DNA from: Lama guanicoe
Lineage: Eukaryota
DNA length: 64,000 bases
Direction: 5' to 3'
Assembly: GCA_013239625.1 (NCBI GenBank)
Contig: MU053487.1
Coordinates: forward strand, 62,001-126,000
Made by a program: the position numbers and the translations under genes. Positions 51,792 through 64,000 of this stretch are shown one piece after another. Below the pieces are notes generated by a model. That model searched no databases and was not told the origin of the DNA. It saw only the letters and a list, made by a program, of their open reading frames with translations. Each line of letters starts with the position of its first letter. Positions within the stretch are counted from its first letter, which is position 1.

Positions 51792-51981
51792 GCAGGCCCT
51801 GAGACTAGCAAGTGTCCCTAAGCACCGGTTTTAAAGTTGTTGTTACAGGAAATAGCCACCAGGTGACAGGGTTTGGGCAGGTGTTATTTACAACGCCGCA
51901 GGCCCAGTGAATAGCGAGTGTGCCCAAGCACCGGTTTTTAAATTGTTGTTACAGGAAATAGCCACCAGGTGGCAGGCTTTG
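51792..51981 (+). repeat. Imperfect tandem duplication (period 106 bp) containing a CTCF-like motif
   Basis: 51792-51875 vs 51898-51981 share aagcaccggtttt...ttgttgttacaggaaatagccaccaggtg(a/g)cagg. Confidence 0.9.
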
Positions 51982-52287
51982 TCCATGCCTAAGATTTGGT
52001 TACCGTGGCAACCAGCGCTTTAGCAAAAGTCGTGTTCCTGGGTTGTCAACTGGAGTGGAATGTGCTGGAATGAACACCCAGGGGGCTTCTGTCTCATTCC
52101 GTCTTCCCTCCTTTCCCTTCATCCCCTAGACGAACCTCAGGATGCCCATCATCTCAGGTTTCCCGGAGGTGGCGCTGCGGAGAAGCTGCTTGTTGGGGAC
52201 CTTTTGCTTTAGGAAGCTGCGCTTGCGGGGCGGGTGGCAGGTGACTGGTTGGCTGACCTCCTTGTTCCTCTCTCCTCCTGCCGCCAG

Positions 52288-52433
52288 TGAACGACCTGAA
52301 GAACGCGGCCCCCTGTGCCGTCAGCTACCTGCTCTTTGACCCCGACGACAAGGTCATGCAGCAGAACCTGGTGTATTACCGGTACCACCAGGACAAGTGG
52401 GGGCTCTCGGACGAGCATTTCCAGCCCAGACCA
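52288..52433 (+). CDS. CRTAP: CRTAP exon 5 (146 nt)
   Basis: gccag|TG AAC...(L)[48 protein letters not shown]|gtacgt. Confidence 0.96.
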
Positions 52434-53333
52434 GTACGTGCCAGGGCACCAGGCGTCTGGCGCCTGCCTCCTTCCCCTTCCTCCCACCTCCGGGAGACTG
52501 CTCTGCTCCTTAGGAGAAGGGTTATTTCCAAAATGAGGGGAGACTCAAATTTTTTCTTTCTGTAGGTTTTTTTTTTCTTTTCTCTTTTAACATTTTATTG
52601 CTTTATTCACATTTCTCAATCAGTAAAAACTTTGCAGAAATATTTCACTTAGGAAGTGAGCTTCCTTCATAATCCCATGTATTTCTCTTTCTCATACTGA
52701 CATGTAGCTATGCACTGACCATGTGTACGGCATGTATTTGTTTAGTTTTACAAAAACAGGATCGTACTTTACAAGCTGTTTTGCGACTTGCTTTGTCTCA
52801 ATAATTCATCATGAACGTTTTCCTCAACACACCCATATACCTGCTTGATCTTTTTTTCTTTTTTCTTTCTTTCCTTTTTTTTTTGGTCATCTTCCTTGCA
52901 GGCTTGTTTATGGATGGATAAATTTAATTCCCTTGATGGACTAACTCAGCTTTGCAAGTGTTGTCAGGGAAGTCCATGGATAAGATGTACTTTTAGAAGA
53001 TCTTTTCTAATTGATCTTGGCCCTTAACTTGTATTTTCACTGAGATTACTGTGTGCTGTCCCGGTTTTCCTTACATAGTCTCCCCTCAAGTTCCTGCCCG
53101 GCGGACACGCAGGCACAAACACACACACGCGCACACACACACGCTTTCTCTTTTATTCACTGGGAGTTGGCCACTCTTTTTTTCAAATTTAGGTATAATT
53201 CATATACAGTAAAATTCATGCTTTCCAAATGCACGATTCAATAATTTCCACATATTCACAGTGCTGGGCGGCCATTTCTACTATTTAATTTTAAACCTTT
53301 TCATCACCTCCCCCCCCCCCCCCCCCACATTAA

Positions 53334-53468
<135 letters not shown>

Positions 53469-55139
53469 TAGCCCTCGTCCGGCCAAGAGAAAACGTTACT
53501 CACATCTTTGCTAAAATCACTTGGAAGGCCGAGGCGTCCCGGAAATAAGAAACAGAAAGGGACCTGGAGAAACACAGTTCCTGTGGGCGTTTTAACCAAA
53601 GTCAGAGCGCTGGCCTGGGGGCCGAGGTGGGTGTGGCTTTCTAGGAAACCCGGGTGAAGCACCGCGTTTCCTGACAGAGGAGGAGGCTGCTTCTGGGGGC
53701 CCATCCCTCCCAGCCAGCCGTCAGCTCCTAACCTGATAAAAATGCAGTGAGTTTGCAGCTACTCAGCCCAGCAAAGACCCTGGGAAACCCACATCCCAGT
53801 TTTTCTGTTAGATCTTTCCTTTCCTTTCCTTTTCGTAAATTAGGCATTTTATCCTTCTCTGGGATTATCTCTCTCTGGGATTGCTTGAAATTCCTGATAC
53901 AGCCTTACTCAGCTGACTCCTTTTGTGGCAGAGACTCAGCTGGGTGGGGGCAGTCGCTCTGTGGTGGGGTAGCCTCGTCACAGAAAAGCCATCGTTAGGA
54001 GTAGCGTATAGAGAGATGCATCTGGAACAAACTGGAAAGTGCTTTGTGAGACAGTTGGGGACTTGCCAGCCACTGGAGCTGGAAGAGAGCTGTGAGCTTG
54101 GTCTGGTCTGACCCCTCACTCCATAGACGGGAGCGTAGGGGACAGGAAAGTTCTGGGAGCTGCTGGGCCAGACCCAGGGGCCCTGAGCCTCCACGCCTGC
54201 TCTTTCCACTGCTCCACTTTTCAGTGAAACACTTCTTGATAAGATGGATCGTGGAATTTGTTCTCTGTGCACAAATTTGCCTGGGAGGGACTCACCACAA
54301 GCACACATTTAACTCCCCTGAGCCTCAGTCCTTTGTCTACAAAATGGAATTAGTAACGTTGACCACACAGGGTTGGGAGCATGAAATAACACGTTGCACA
54401 TGTAATTGCTTCTAAACGAGGAGGTGACACCTGTGCAGTGTGTCTTGGGTGGGGTTTTCTTGAAGCAGAGCCTGAGATAAGATCGCAAGGATGCTGAAAA
54501 GAAAGAAACGCTGGCCAGTTGCAAATGAGGTTGGCTGCTGCAGTTTCAAAAAGAGGAAAAAAGCGTATTTAGAAAAAGGAGGCAGGGAGAGTCCCTGATT
54601 ATCTGGAGGGCAGCTACTATTGATATTCTGATATTCACACCTCCAGCTTTTTTCCTGCACATTTCCAGTATGTACTCAGTATACACTTGACTGTAATTAT
54701 ATATCATGGCTTTTCCACTTACCAGTGTAGTGTGAGCAGTTTTCCTTGTTATATTTTTCTAGAATAGCTTTATTGAGATACTATTCACATACCATAAAAT
54801 TCTCCTTTCTAAAGTGTACAATGGAGTGGGTTTTAGTATATTCATAAAGTTGTGCCTCCATCACTGCTGTCAAACTTCAGAACATTTTCATCAGCAAAAG
54901 AAAACCCAGACCTACTGGCAGTCACTTCCCGTTCCTTCCCCTGTGCCCATCCCAACCCTGCCCCCAGCCCCCGGCAAGCACCGACCTGCTTTCTGTCTCT
55001 ATGGATTTGTCTGTTCGGACGTTTCATATGAATGAAGTCAACAGTATCTGGTCTTTGTGATGAGCTTCTTTCACTGAGCATAATGTTTTCCAGGTTTAGC
55101 TGTGTTATAGCATGCATTGTGTTGCATGTAAAAATTCCT

Positions 55140-55238
55140 TTTTAAAAAACTTTTTTAAATGGAGGTACTGGGGATAGAACCCAAGACCTCGTGCATGCTA
55201 AGCACATGCTCTACCACTGAGCTATACTCGCTGCCCCC
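55140..55238 (-). mobile_element. tRNA-derived SINE (Vic-1-like)
   Basis: ggaggtactggggatagaacccaagacctcgtgcatgctaagcacatgctctaccactgagctatac. Confidence 0.85.
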
Positions 55239-56907
55239 TAGAAAGTTCTTTTTATTGCTGAATAATACTCTACTGTATGGCTATACCACATGTTTATTCC
55301 TTGGTTGATGGACATTTGGGTTGTTTCCTTTTTTTGGCTACTTTGAATAATGATTTGTACAAATTTTTGTTTGGGCAAAAGTTTTCAATTCTCTTACACT
55401 CAAGAGTGGAATTACTGGGTCATATGGTAACTCTAAGTTCAACTTGTTGAGGAACTGCCAGGCCGTCTTCCAAAGTGGCTGAACCATTTCATATCCCCCC
55501 CAGCAATGTCTGAGAGTTCTAATTCGCTACATCCTCATCATCAGTTACCGTGTCAGTCTTTTATTATAGCCATCCTAGTGGGTGTGAAGTGGTTCCTCAT
55601 AGTGGTTTTGACTTGCATTTGTCTGTTGACTAGTAATGCTGAGTTTATTCATATGCTTATTAGCCATGTATGTATCTTCTTTGGAGAAATGTTGAGTCTC
55701 TTCAAATCCTTTGCCCGTTTTTTAATCAGGTTCTTGTCTTTTTATTGTTGAATTGTAAGAGTTCTTTATATATTCTGGTTAGAAGCCCCCTGTCAAATAT
55801 ATTACAAACATTTCCTTGCAATCTGTGGGTTGTCTTTTTATTTTCTTAATGATATTTTAAAGCACAAAAGTTTTAAATTTTAGTGGAATCTAGCTTATCT
55901 ATTTTTTCTTTTGTTGCTTGGGTTTTTGGTGTCAGACCTAAAAAACTACTGTCTAATCCAAGATCACTAAAATTTACTATGTTTTTTCCCTAAGATTTTT
56001 ATAGTTTTAACACTTGCATTTAGATCTACACTCTGTTTTTTCTTAATTTCATATATGATGTGAGGTAGGGTTTTATTCTTTTGTATGTTCATATAGATTT
56101 GTCCCAGTGCCATTTGTTGAAAAGACTTTCTTTCCCCATTGAATTGTCTGGTCACCCTTGTAGGAAGTCAGTTGACCTTAAATGTGAGGGTTTATTTCTA
56201 GACTCTCAAGTCCATCCCATTGATCTAGATTTCTGTCCTTGTGCTGGTACTGCACCGTCTTGAGTACTGAACTTTGAACTACATTGTAAAATTGGGAAAT
56301 GTGAGTCTTCCAGCTTCATTCTTCTGTTTCTAGATTGTTTTTGCTCTTCTGGGCCCCTTGCATTTCCGTATGAAATACAGGACCAGCTTGCCAATTTCTG
56401 CAAAAGGCAGCTGGGATTTCTGATAAGAATTATGCTGACTCCGAAGATTTCTTTGGGTAGTATCGACATCTTAACAGTATTAAATATTCTGATCCATGCG
56501 TGTGGGACGTCTTTCTACTTTATTGAGGTCTTTAACTTCTTTCAGTAGGATTTTCTCATTCCGTTATTCTTGGTGCCATTGCAAATGGAACGGTTTTTCT
56601 TATTTTCATTTTCTAGTTGTTCATTGCTAGCATATAGAAATACTGTTGGTTTTTGTATATTGATATTGTAATCCTGCAAACTTAATTGAACCTGTTTATC
56701 CGTTCTAATGTTTCTGTGTGTATGTGGATTCCTGATGAGTTTCTGTATACAAGATCATGTTATCTATGAGTATACATAGCTTTGTGTCTTCTTTCCAAAT
56801 CTGAATGTCTTTTATTTATTTTTCTGGCTAACTGCCCTGGCTAAAACATCTAGTATGATGTTGAACACAAATAGAGAGAGTGGAAATCCTTGTCCTGTTC
56901 CCAATCT

Positions 56908-56974
56908 TTTTTTTTTTAACTTTTTTTAGGGGGAGGGTAATTAGTTTTGTTTGTTTATCTACCTACCTACCTAC

Positions 56975-57006
<32 letters not shown>

Positions 57007-57083
57007 ATAATGGAGGTACTAGGGAATGAACCCAGGACCTTATGCATGCTAAGCATGCTCTTTACCACTGAGCTATACCCTCT
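56908..57083 (-). mobile_element. tRNA-derived SINE with compound (ctac/ctgt/ctat)n microsatellite tail
   Basis: TSD tgttcccaatctt on both sides. Confidence 0.85.
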
Positions 57084-57734
57084 CACCTTGTTCCCAATCT
57101 TAGAAGGAAAACATTCTGTTTCAGCACTAAGTATATTCTTAGCTGTAGGTGCCTATCAGGTTGAGGAAGTTCCTCTTCTGTTCCTAGTTTGTCACATGTT
57201 TTTATCATGAAGTGGTGCTGAATTTTGTCAGATGCTTTTTCTGCATCTATTGAGGTGATCATGTGGTTTTTGTTAGCCTTGTTAGTTAATGCTCATTATA
57301 AAGTTGACTTTTTAATGACTAATATTCCACAGCATGCATTTTCAAGATAAAGCTCTTTTTCTAGCATTTAGGGTGCTTCCAACTTTTTGCTTTGATAACT
57401 ATCGCAGCAGTAACTAAGTCTGTTACCTCTTCACTGATCATTTCCTTTGGATAAATTCTCAGAGATGGAATTCCTGGCAATGACTGCTTTGAAGGCTTTT
57501 AACATACAAGAACAAGGTATTTAGAAAAAAAATCACAAATATTAGAGTAAGACAAGACTATGAGATTTAGTGAAGCTCTCTTATGTCACAGATGAGGAAA
57601 CAAACTCAGAAAGGTAGAGTGACTTGCTCAAAGTCACACGGCTGGTTAGTAACCACCTAATGAATAGACCAGGCTTATTCCAGACTTTAAAACTGCTAGG
57701 ATTCTTACAGGAAACAAATTATATCCATTGAGTG

Positions 57735-57968
57735 GGGGAGCAGGGAGGGGCACATTAGGGGTATGGGATTAACAGATACAAACTACTATGTATAAAATAG
57801 AGAAGCAATAAGGATATGTTGTATGGCACAAGGAATTACAGCCATTACTTATAATAACTTAATTAAATATAAACGGTAAAAATACTGAATCACTATGCTG
57901 TATACCTGGAATTAATATGATATTGTAAATCAACTATACTTCAATTCAAAAATTAAAATTAAAAAACA
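57735..57968 (+). mobile_element. L1 3'-end fragment
   Basis: gggattaacagatacaaactacta...gaatcactatgctgtatacc...tgtaaatcaactatacttcaatt. Confidence 0.8.
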
Positions 57969-60002
57969 AAAGGGAAAAAATATAGTGACCAGGATTCTTG
58001 GACTTGGTACTCTCAAGATAATAGGGCTCCATGGAAAATCCAAGAGTAGTTGGTTATTAACTGAGGCTTTAGAATTGTGAAAGAAAGTCTCTAAGAATGA
58101 GCTGTGTTTTAATTATATATCAAATGATGGCAAATGATAATTTGAAATAAACTATACCCAAGACAACAGAATTCTTAGTTAATCTTTAAAATTTCCAAAG
58201 GACAAAATGCTACTTTGAAGCAAAGCCTCAGTACAGTTTAGCCCCTGATACTTGTGGTCCCCTCCCTTTTGTCTTCCTGGGGTTGAAATGTGTGTAAGAA
58301 CGCCTGAGAGTCTGTACAGCGGTGAAGCATTTTGCAGAGGCCATATTTGTTTGAGAAATTTTACAAAGCAAGCTGAAATAGGTACTTCACATTTCGGGTT
58401 CTGATCATTGTTTGCTTTGGGAAAGTTTAAATTTCTTAGATTATAATTTGCTGGGGTGATTTATTCAGGGCATGCTCCCCAGGAAGAAAGGAAGTGAGGG
58501 GCGGGGGAAGGAGCCAGGTAGACATGTGGTTTCAGCGGCAGCCAGGTTAGCCGGATCCCGTGGGGAGCGCTGGAGTGTGAATTGTGCCACCAGGCTCTCC
58601 CTGTCTTCTGCCATCGGTCCTATCAGTCTCCTGTTGGTTGCTGGCAGCAGCAGCCCCCTGGTGGGGCCACTCCCTGAGGCCAAGTTCAATCATGGAAAGA
58701 AAAGGCAGCTTTCAGCCACGAGACTCCCCTGCACCTGGGGGATGGGTGTCAGGAGAGCAGATCTGAGCGAGGTACCAACGGCCTCCGCCCCACGGGCCTT
58801 CTAGGGCCATGTGTTTCTTTCATGTCTGTGGCCGTGGACACTTGCTAGTGAGCTAGCAGCAAACAGGACCATCGTCCCCAGGTCCCAGCAACCACATGGC
58901 AGAAAACAGTAACTCTGGGAACAGACATCACGGCCACACACGACATCCCTCTGCCACATGGTATTTTCCTTTCTGGGCCCAGAAAGCAACTGAAGAACTT
59001 TGGGCTTTCAAGCTGTCGTCTTCCACTCCCATACCTTGAGTGCCTCATCTCAGGTGTGATGTGGTAGAGGTATTTGATGAAAATAATACGATCCATTTTG
59101 TGTTTCATGTACTGGATCGATTTTTTAAACTATTTTCAGATGCTGAGCGATTTTATGAGTCTCTCTGTGTTCAGATATCAAAAGGAGCAGAGAAGCTCTT
59201 GGCCAGGGATGGACGCCTCTGTGAGGGAGGCCAGGCTTTGGCAGAGGGTGGTCACCATCGGAGGGGCTCGGCTTCTTTGGTGGCTCACTCATTCCCTGCA
59301 GTCAAGGGAAGCTGTGTCATCAGCTGGTGGCTCAGGTGTGTCGGGGGAGAGACATCATCGCAGAGAAGGAAATCAGAGAGCACGCTGGGCTGTTCCAGGT
59401 AGAGGCTTAAGGCTGGTTGCAGAAGGAGGGAGCTGCTGGGCTCCTGTGCCGACAGTGGGCGAGTGGGTCCCTGTCCCCCAGCGTCTCTCATTTGAGTGGA
59501 GTGGCTGCTTCATTGACACCAGCTGTGTGCACAAGTACACGCTGTCATTCACTTCTGGCAGTTTGACTGAGACCTGTGTGTGCCAGGCTCTGGGGGAAAA
59601 CCGGAACCCAGGTCCTTCTCCTGGAAAAGCTCATGGTCTGGTGATGAAGGCAGAAAGGGAACAGACAGAAAGCCTTCCTGTGGCGTCACTGCTGATGGGA
59701 GGGGGTGTAGGACGAGGGAGGGGTGCGCAGAGGAAGGGGCACTAAACAGGGTCTTTCAGAGGGTGCTGGACCGCCCCTGTCACCCGGGCCATCTGTGGGG
59801 GTCTCGGAGCACTGGACTCCAAGCTCACATGGAAGGGAAGCCAGGCCCCTCCCAGAAGTCAGAGCCTGTTGGCCCGAGGGGCTGGGGAAAGGCTGCTCCA
59901 GCCCCCAGGCGCAGGCAGTACATTCCTGGAAACAGTCTCTGCTCATCAGCCTTTTAAGGCCAGGGAGCCCACTTAACCGAGGTGCCTCGTTGTCTCTTAC
60001 AG

Positions 60003-60056
60003 GGAGAGGTTGTGGAATACCTGGATGACCTCTTGGAGCTGGAGGAGCCCAGCTAG
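60003..60056 (+). CDS. CRTAP: CRTAP exon 7 coding part (stop TAG)
   Basis: cttacag|GGA...GEVVEYLDDLLELEEPS*; the seven exons sum to 1206 nt = 401 aa plus stop. Confidence 0.96.
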   Translation, partial: GEVVEYLDDLLELEEPS

Positions 60057-60478
60057 TGCCCCGCAGCCAGAGACACCTCCCCTCCACGTTCAGGAAACAC
60101 AGACTCTTCCCTTTCCCCGTAGCCCAAGTTGTTGATACCTCAGAGCCTTCTCTCTGCTCTGCGGAGTGAAAGTGAAGCTCCGTCTCTCGCTCCGTCTGAC
60201 GAGGGGTGAGCCTGCGTCCCCGAGTCCCCCCGCCTCCCTGCCGCACACTCGCTTTCTCCATGGTCATACCTGCCTTTCTGACCACTTTGGTTAGAAGGAC
60301 AGCTTTTCACGGTTGGGGTTTTGTTCGTTTGTTTCCAGAAAATCAGTATATTTTAAATAAGAAAAATTTCTCTCCAAGATGGTAATTATAAAAGCCTCCT
60401 CAAGCCTTTCTGCTTTTCCAGATTTTGGTATCCTTTCTCCCCACCCCGATCCAGCAAGGACGGTGAGGACAGAGGCTA

Positions 60479-60484
60479 AATAAA
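60479..60484 (+). terminator. CRTAP: Probable proximal CRTAP polyadenylation signal
   Basis: First AATAAA seen after the stop, ~420 nt downstream. Confidence 0.6.
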
Positions 60485-63164
60485 ACGTCTGCATGTGGTC
60501 TGCCCTGCACCCTCTGTGGCACCCGTTGGAAAAGAAGTTGGGTGGGCAGTGTGGAGGACAGAAAGGTGGCTTTCGCCAGACCCTTTGGCATCTCCAGAGC
60601 CCCACAGTGGTCGGTCAGTCCCGTTTGAGGACAGCATCAGCCGTAAGTGAGGGCAGGTGGCTCAGCCCCGTGGGCCCGTGTAAGGCCGTTCTACTCTGAG
60701 TGGGGCAGGAGCCGTGAAGCAGACCCGAACCTCAGCTGACTTACATTTTACAAGGATCAGGCCGGCTGCCAGCTCGTGAGAAACCTGCCAGTGAGCAAGC
60801 ATAGAAACAGGAAGACCGGTGAGGGGACGACTGCAAAATCCCAGGCAAGGGGGATGCGGCTGCGGACTCCGCAGGGGAGGTGCGGAGAAGGGGTCGGATT
60901 GCGGATTTATTTTGCAAGCAGGGCCGATGGGGTTTGCTGACAGATTGGATGTAGAGTGTAAGAGAAAAGAGACGGGCTGATGGCGACCTCGAGGTTTTGG
61001 GAAGGGTGGAGTTGCCGTTTACTGAAGTGGGGAGGATGGGTGGGCGGGTGCAGGCTGCAAGTGAAACTGGAGTTTTCTCAGGTTGTTAGCAGAGCCTGAG
61101 TCAGGGGTCCGAACACATGTGGTTTTTTGTGGGGGTTCCTGTCAGAGAAACTCGTGACAGCCTTCATCAGTCAGGTGTTGGCTGTAGGAGGTCCTTTCAG
61201 GGGCAGGGTGTACCTTTGAAGGCAGAGAGCTTGGTCAGGAGGGCAGTTCTCTGGAAAGGTGACTGCGGGTTCCTGGCAGCCAACAGGCAGGGTGGGAGGT
61301 GGGGGTGACTGGCCCTGAAGGGGTCCAGGAGGAGAGCCAAAGCTCCCCCTACTAAATGTGGTCTTTAGAGCCACGAGGCTGGACCGAGTCCTCAGGTGGT
61401 TTGTGTATATTGAGAAGCAAAAAAAAGGAGGGGGGGATGTTACCAAGGACAGAGCCCTGGGACCCCCTGGGAAATGAGAAACACACCAAAGAGACAGAAG
61501 AAGCCACCTTTGAGGTTGTAGAAAACCAGGAGGGAGTGATGCTCTGAAGTCTGAGCTTTCTTTATTCAACCCTATTCCCAGCCACTTAGTCTGGCTGGGA
61601 CCCTCCTGGGATGACTGCAGGAGACAGGGTTTTTCCCACCGCGGCTTGGAGAGGAATACAAGGAGGTAGACTTCGGGGTCTTTAGTGTAATGGTGACTCC
61701 CTAGGGGTGGAAAACTCAGGTGGTGTTGCTTTTCAAAGCTTCCTTTATCCCATCTCACTGTTCCAACCTCTGGGGACTCAGATGTCCCCTGCTTCTCCTG
61801 CACTGTGCTGCTCCCTTCATTCCCTTTCTCCTGTGAGCATGTCCTCTTTTCCCTGCACAAAATTCCTCATGTCAGGTTTTCCCTCGAGGAACCCAGCTCA
61901 AGACCATCACCCACTCCCCAGGCTTTGGCTGAATTTGCCATGCCAGCGATCTGCACACCTAGGGGAGTCAGGGTCATTGGATTATGGACGGCTGCCTTTG
62001 TGTGTGTCCGTAGCAGCCCTCCCGCCCAGCCATGAGTCAGACCCTAGATGGCTGCCGCCCATGGGATGCTGGGTTCTCCCTGCTTCCCTCGCTCCACCCT
62101 CTCCTCCACCAGAGAACCTTCCTTTTGAAGTCAGTAGGGGAGTGGGTCACAGGCCAGGACTCTCTCCACTTCTCTGTGCCCTGCAGAACTTCCCTTTGGT
62201 CCTCTCCCTCCAAGCCTAGGGTAAGTGGCGTGTGGGTGACGATGGCCCGCACAGGGCTGCGTGGTAGTGCGTAGGGGTTCCCAACCACTCTCTGAAGTTG
62301 GCCTCTTTCAACTGGGGATTAAAAAGTGCCTCCACCCCCCTCCTAGCAATGTCCTCGGGGGAGAAACCCTGGGGACAGTACGATCAACATTGTCAGCCCT
62401 TTGCTTGGATTGAAGGCTGTGGAATCCAGTTACTAAGTTTTTATTTCAAAGAAAAACAAACCCATCTTAAAAAAAAAAAAAAAAAAGACGAGCTGATCCC
62501 TCCAAACCTACCATGAAACCCCAGCGTGCAGGCTGCACCCAGTGACCTCAACCCAGTGCCTCCCTGAGCGTGTTTCTTGGAAGAGCCTAGAAGAGTCCTG
62601 GGTGGAGACCTTATGGGCTCAGCATGTGTCTGGCCTGTCTTTTGAGAACACAGGCGCCTCTGTAAACTTTTGGGGGTCTCCAAGCCCAGCCTGAGATCCC
62701 TCGTTTGCCCTGTGACCCACCTGCACGTAGCCCAGCAGTTACTGGCAGGTCCCTCTGGCTGCTCCCCAAGCTGGGGAGGCTGCCTGCCGTGGGGCAAGGA
62801 GCTGGGTGCAGCCCTACTGCCTCTCGGCAGCCCGGGCAGGGGCCCCACCGGAGAGGGCCTACCTGTACCCCTCTTAATGCCCAGATTTTACCTTAGCAGC
62901 AAAGGGCTGAGGGAAGGTTTGTGTGTACGTACGGGTTTACACGCAACTAATTGAAGTGTTTCGGATACTGATGTTTTCCACACACTGATCTCTCCTGAGT
63001 CTGAGACTAACTCCTGCCCCTGGGATCCAGGCGAACCCCTAGCTCCGTTGTCCACAAAGGCTGCCTTAGGAAACATGGCTTTTAGGAGTTCCTACTGAAG
63101 GAAATTTGAAGAGCACAAAAATGTGATTGAAGCAAAACTCAGTGGCAAACAGAAAATGATTTGT

Positions 63165-64000
63165 TAGATTGTCACTGGGAAAGGGTTTATTATGACGGCG
63201 GTTGGAATAAACAGCGGCCGGTTTCTGCCAACATTTATGGAAATACCGTTTTTTAAGTTTTCAACGTGAGCTGCACACCGGAGCTCCTTCAGTTAAGGGG
63301 AAAAAAAATTTCAATACTTAAACTGTGGGGAGAAGGTGGATGGGAGCCAGCAAAAACATTCTCGTTTAATAGTGTTTGCACACGCACAGCAGCAACGTTT
63401 GTAGTGAGCCTCCGAGAAAAACCCACCACTAATCCTTCATCGCAGCTGTCTCAGCTCTTGATCGTCTGCCATCCCCCAAACAGCGACTTCTTTTTTCTGG
63501 GGACTCCAGTGTTGAATGACCCAGTGTGGCGGGTTTAAACTGTATACAAGGGCGGGGGATGGGAAGGGAAGGGTCCTTAAAGACGCCCCAGGCAGAGGTT
63601 TTGTGCGTTGGACTTCCTGTGCCCGCAGCCCAGGCAGGGCTCTTCCGCGCCCCATCCCCGTAGCACCTCGCTGGGAGGGAGGACACTAGGACAGCCCAGC
63701 TTCGCCCTCTCTGACCCACTCCTACCCTGGGAATAAGGGTCCTGGGGGCTGTGGTCTGTTCCGGACCAGAATCTTCTCTACACCCCAGTCCTATCCCACC
63801 CCCCCCCGGTATCTGGCTTCGGTGGCTTGTTGAATGAATGAGTGAGCTAAGATAATGGTGCCTCATTTTACAAGGAAAGAATGGGAAGAAATGAAGCAAT
63901 CTGGCCAACACGTTCAAGATGTGCCGCTTTTGGGTGGTGGTCGGTGGGCCAAACGACAAACATCATTGCCCTGGTCCTTCCCACCTCCCCTCCTTGGGTC
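63165..64000 (-). other. Probable 3'UTR end of a convergent minus-strand gene (SUSD5 by synteny)
   Basis: Minus-strand AATAAA at 63191-63186 followed on that strand by U/GU-rich sequence; SUSD5 follows CRTAP convergently in human. No coding sequence in the window to confirm. Confidence 0.4.

Larger units (their letters stand above)
54760..57270 (-). mobile_element. 5'-truncated L1 (L1MB-like), antisense in CRTAP intron 6, with two nested SINEs
   Basis: L1 3'UTR at the left (agctttattgagata...) and degenerate ORF2 sequence toward 57270. Confidence 0.88.

Noticed and set aside
59074..61860. ORFs of 199-229 aa around the CRTAP last exon
   Set aside because: No recognisable domains or exon structure; chance ORFs in GC-rich intron, UTR and old-repeat sequence.

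Overview
Mammalian genomic DNA, most likely a camelid (the young tRNA-derived SINEs match the camelid Vic-1 type), covering the GLB1-TMPPE-CRTAP locus. Minus strand: GLB1 (lysosomal beta-galactosidase) coding exon 1 (23115-23192) and exon 2 (1726-1895), separated by a ~21 kb intron; the gene continues left of the window. Nested in that intron on the same strand is TMPPE, with an uninterrupted 447-aa CDS (19526-20869). Plus strand: the complete CRTAP gene, 7 coding exons (36308-60056, 1206 nt, 401 aa), with a GC-AG first intron. A probable 3' end of a convergent gene (SUSD5 by synteny) lies near 63.2 kb. The rest is intronic/intergenic DNA rich in SINEs, L1 fragments, LTR/ERVL remnants and hAT MITEs; nearly all other ORFs in the track are spurious. 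I see no clearly new gene system. The most interesting observations: (i) GLB1 exon 1 spliced to the TMPPE acceptor is in frame with TMPPE, separated by one TAA; (ii) apparent GLB1 start-codon turnover (ATG to ACG with a new ATG two codons upstream); (iii) the last base of GLB1 exon 2 matches the human T82M disease allele; (iv) a ~445-bp, ~97% identical direct duplication brackets CRTAP exon 2; (v) a TSD-flanked orphan retroposed fragment; (vi) a tandem duplication carrying a CTCF-like motif; (vii) overlapping opposite-strand polyA signals near 63.2 kb. Repeat family names and cross-species comparisons come from recall, not from searches; repeat boundaries without stated TSDs are approximate.
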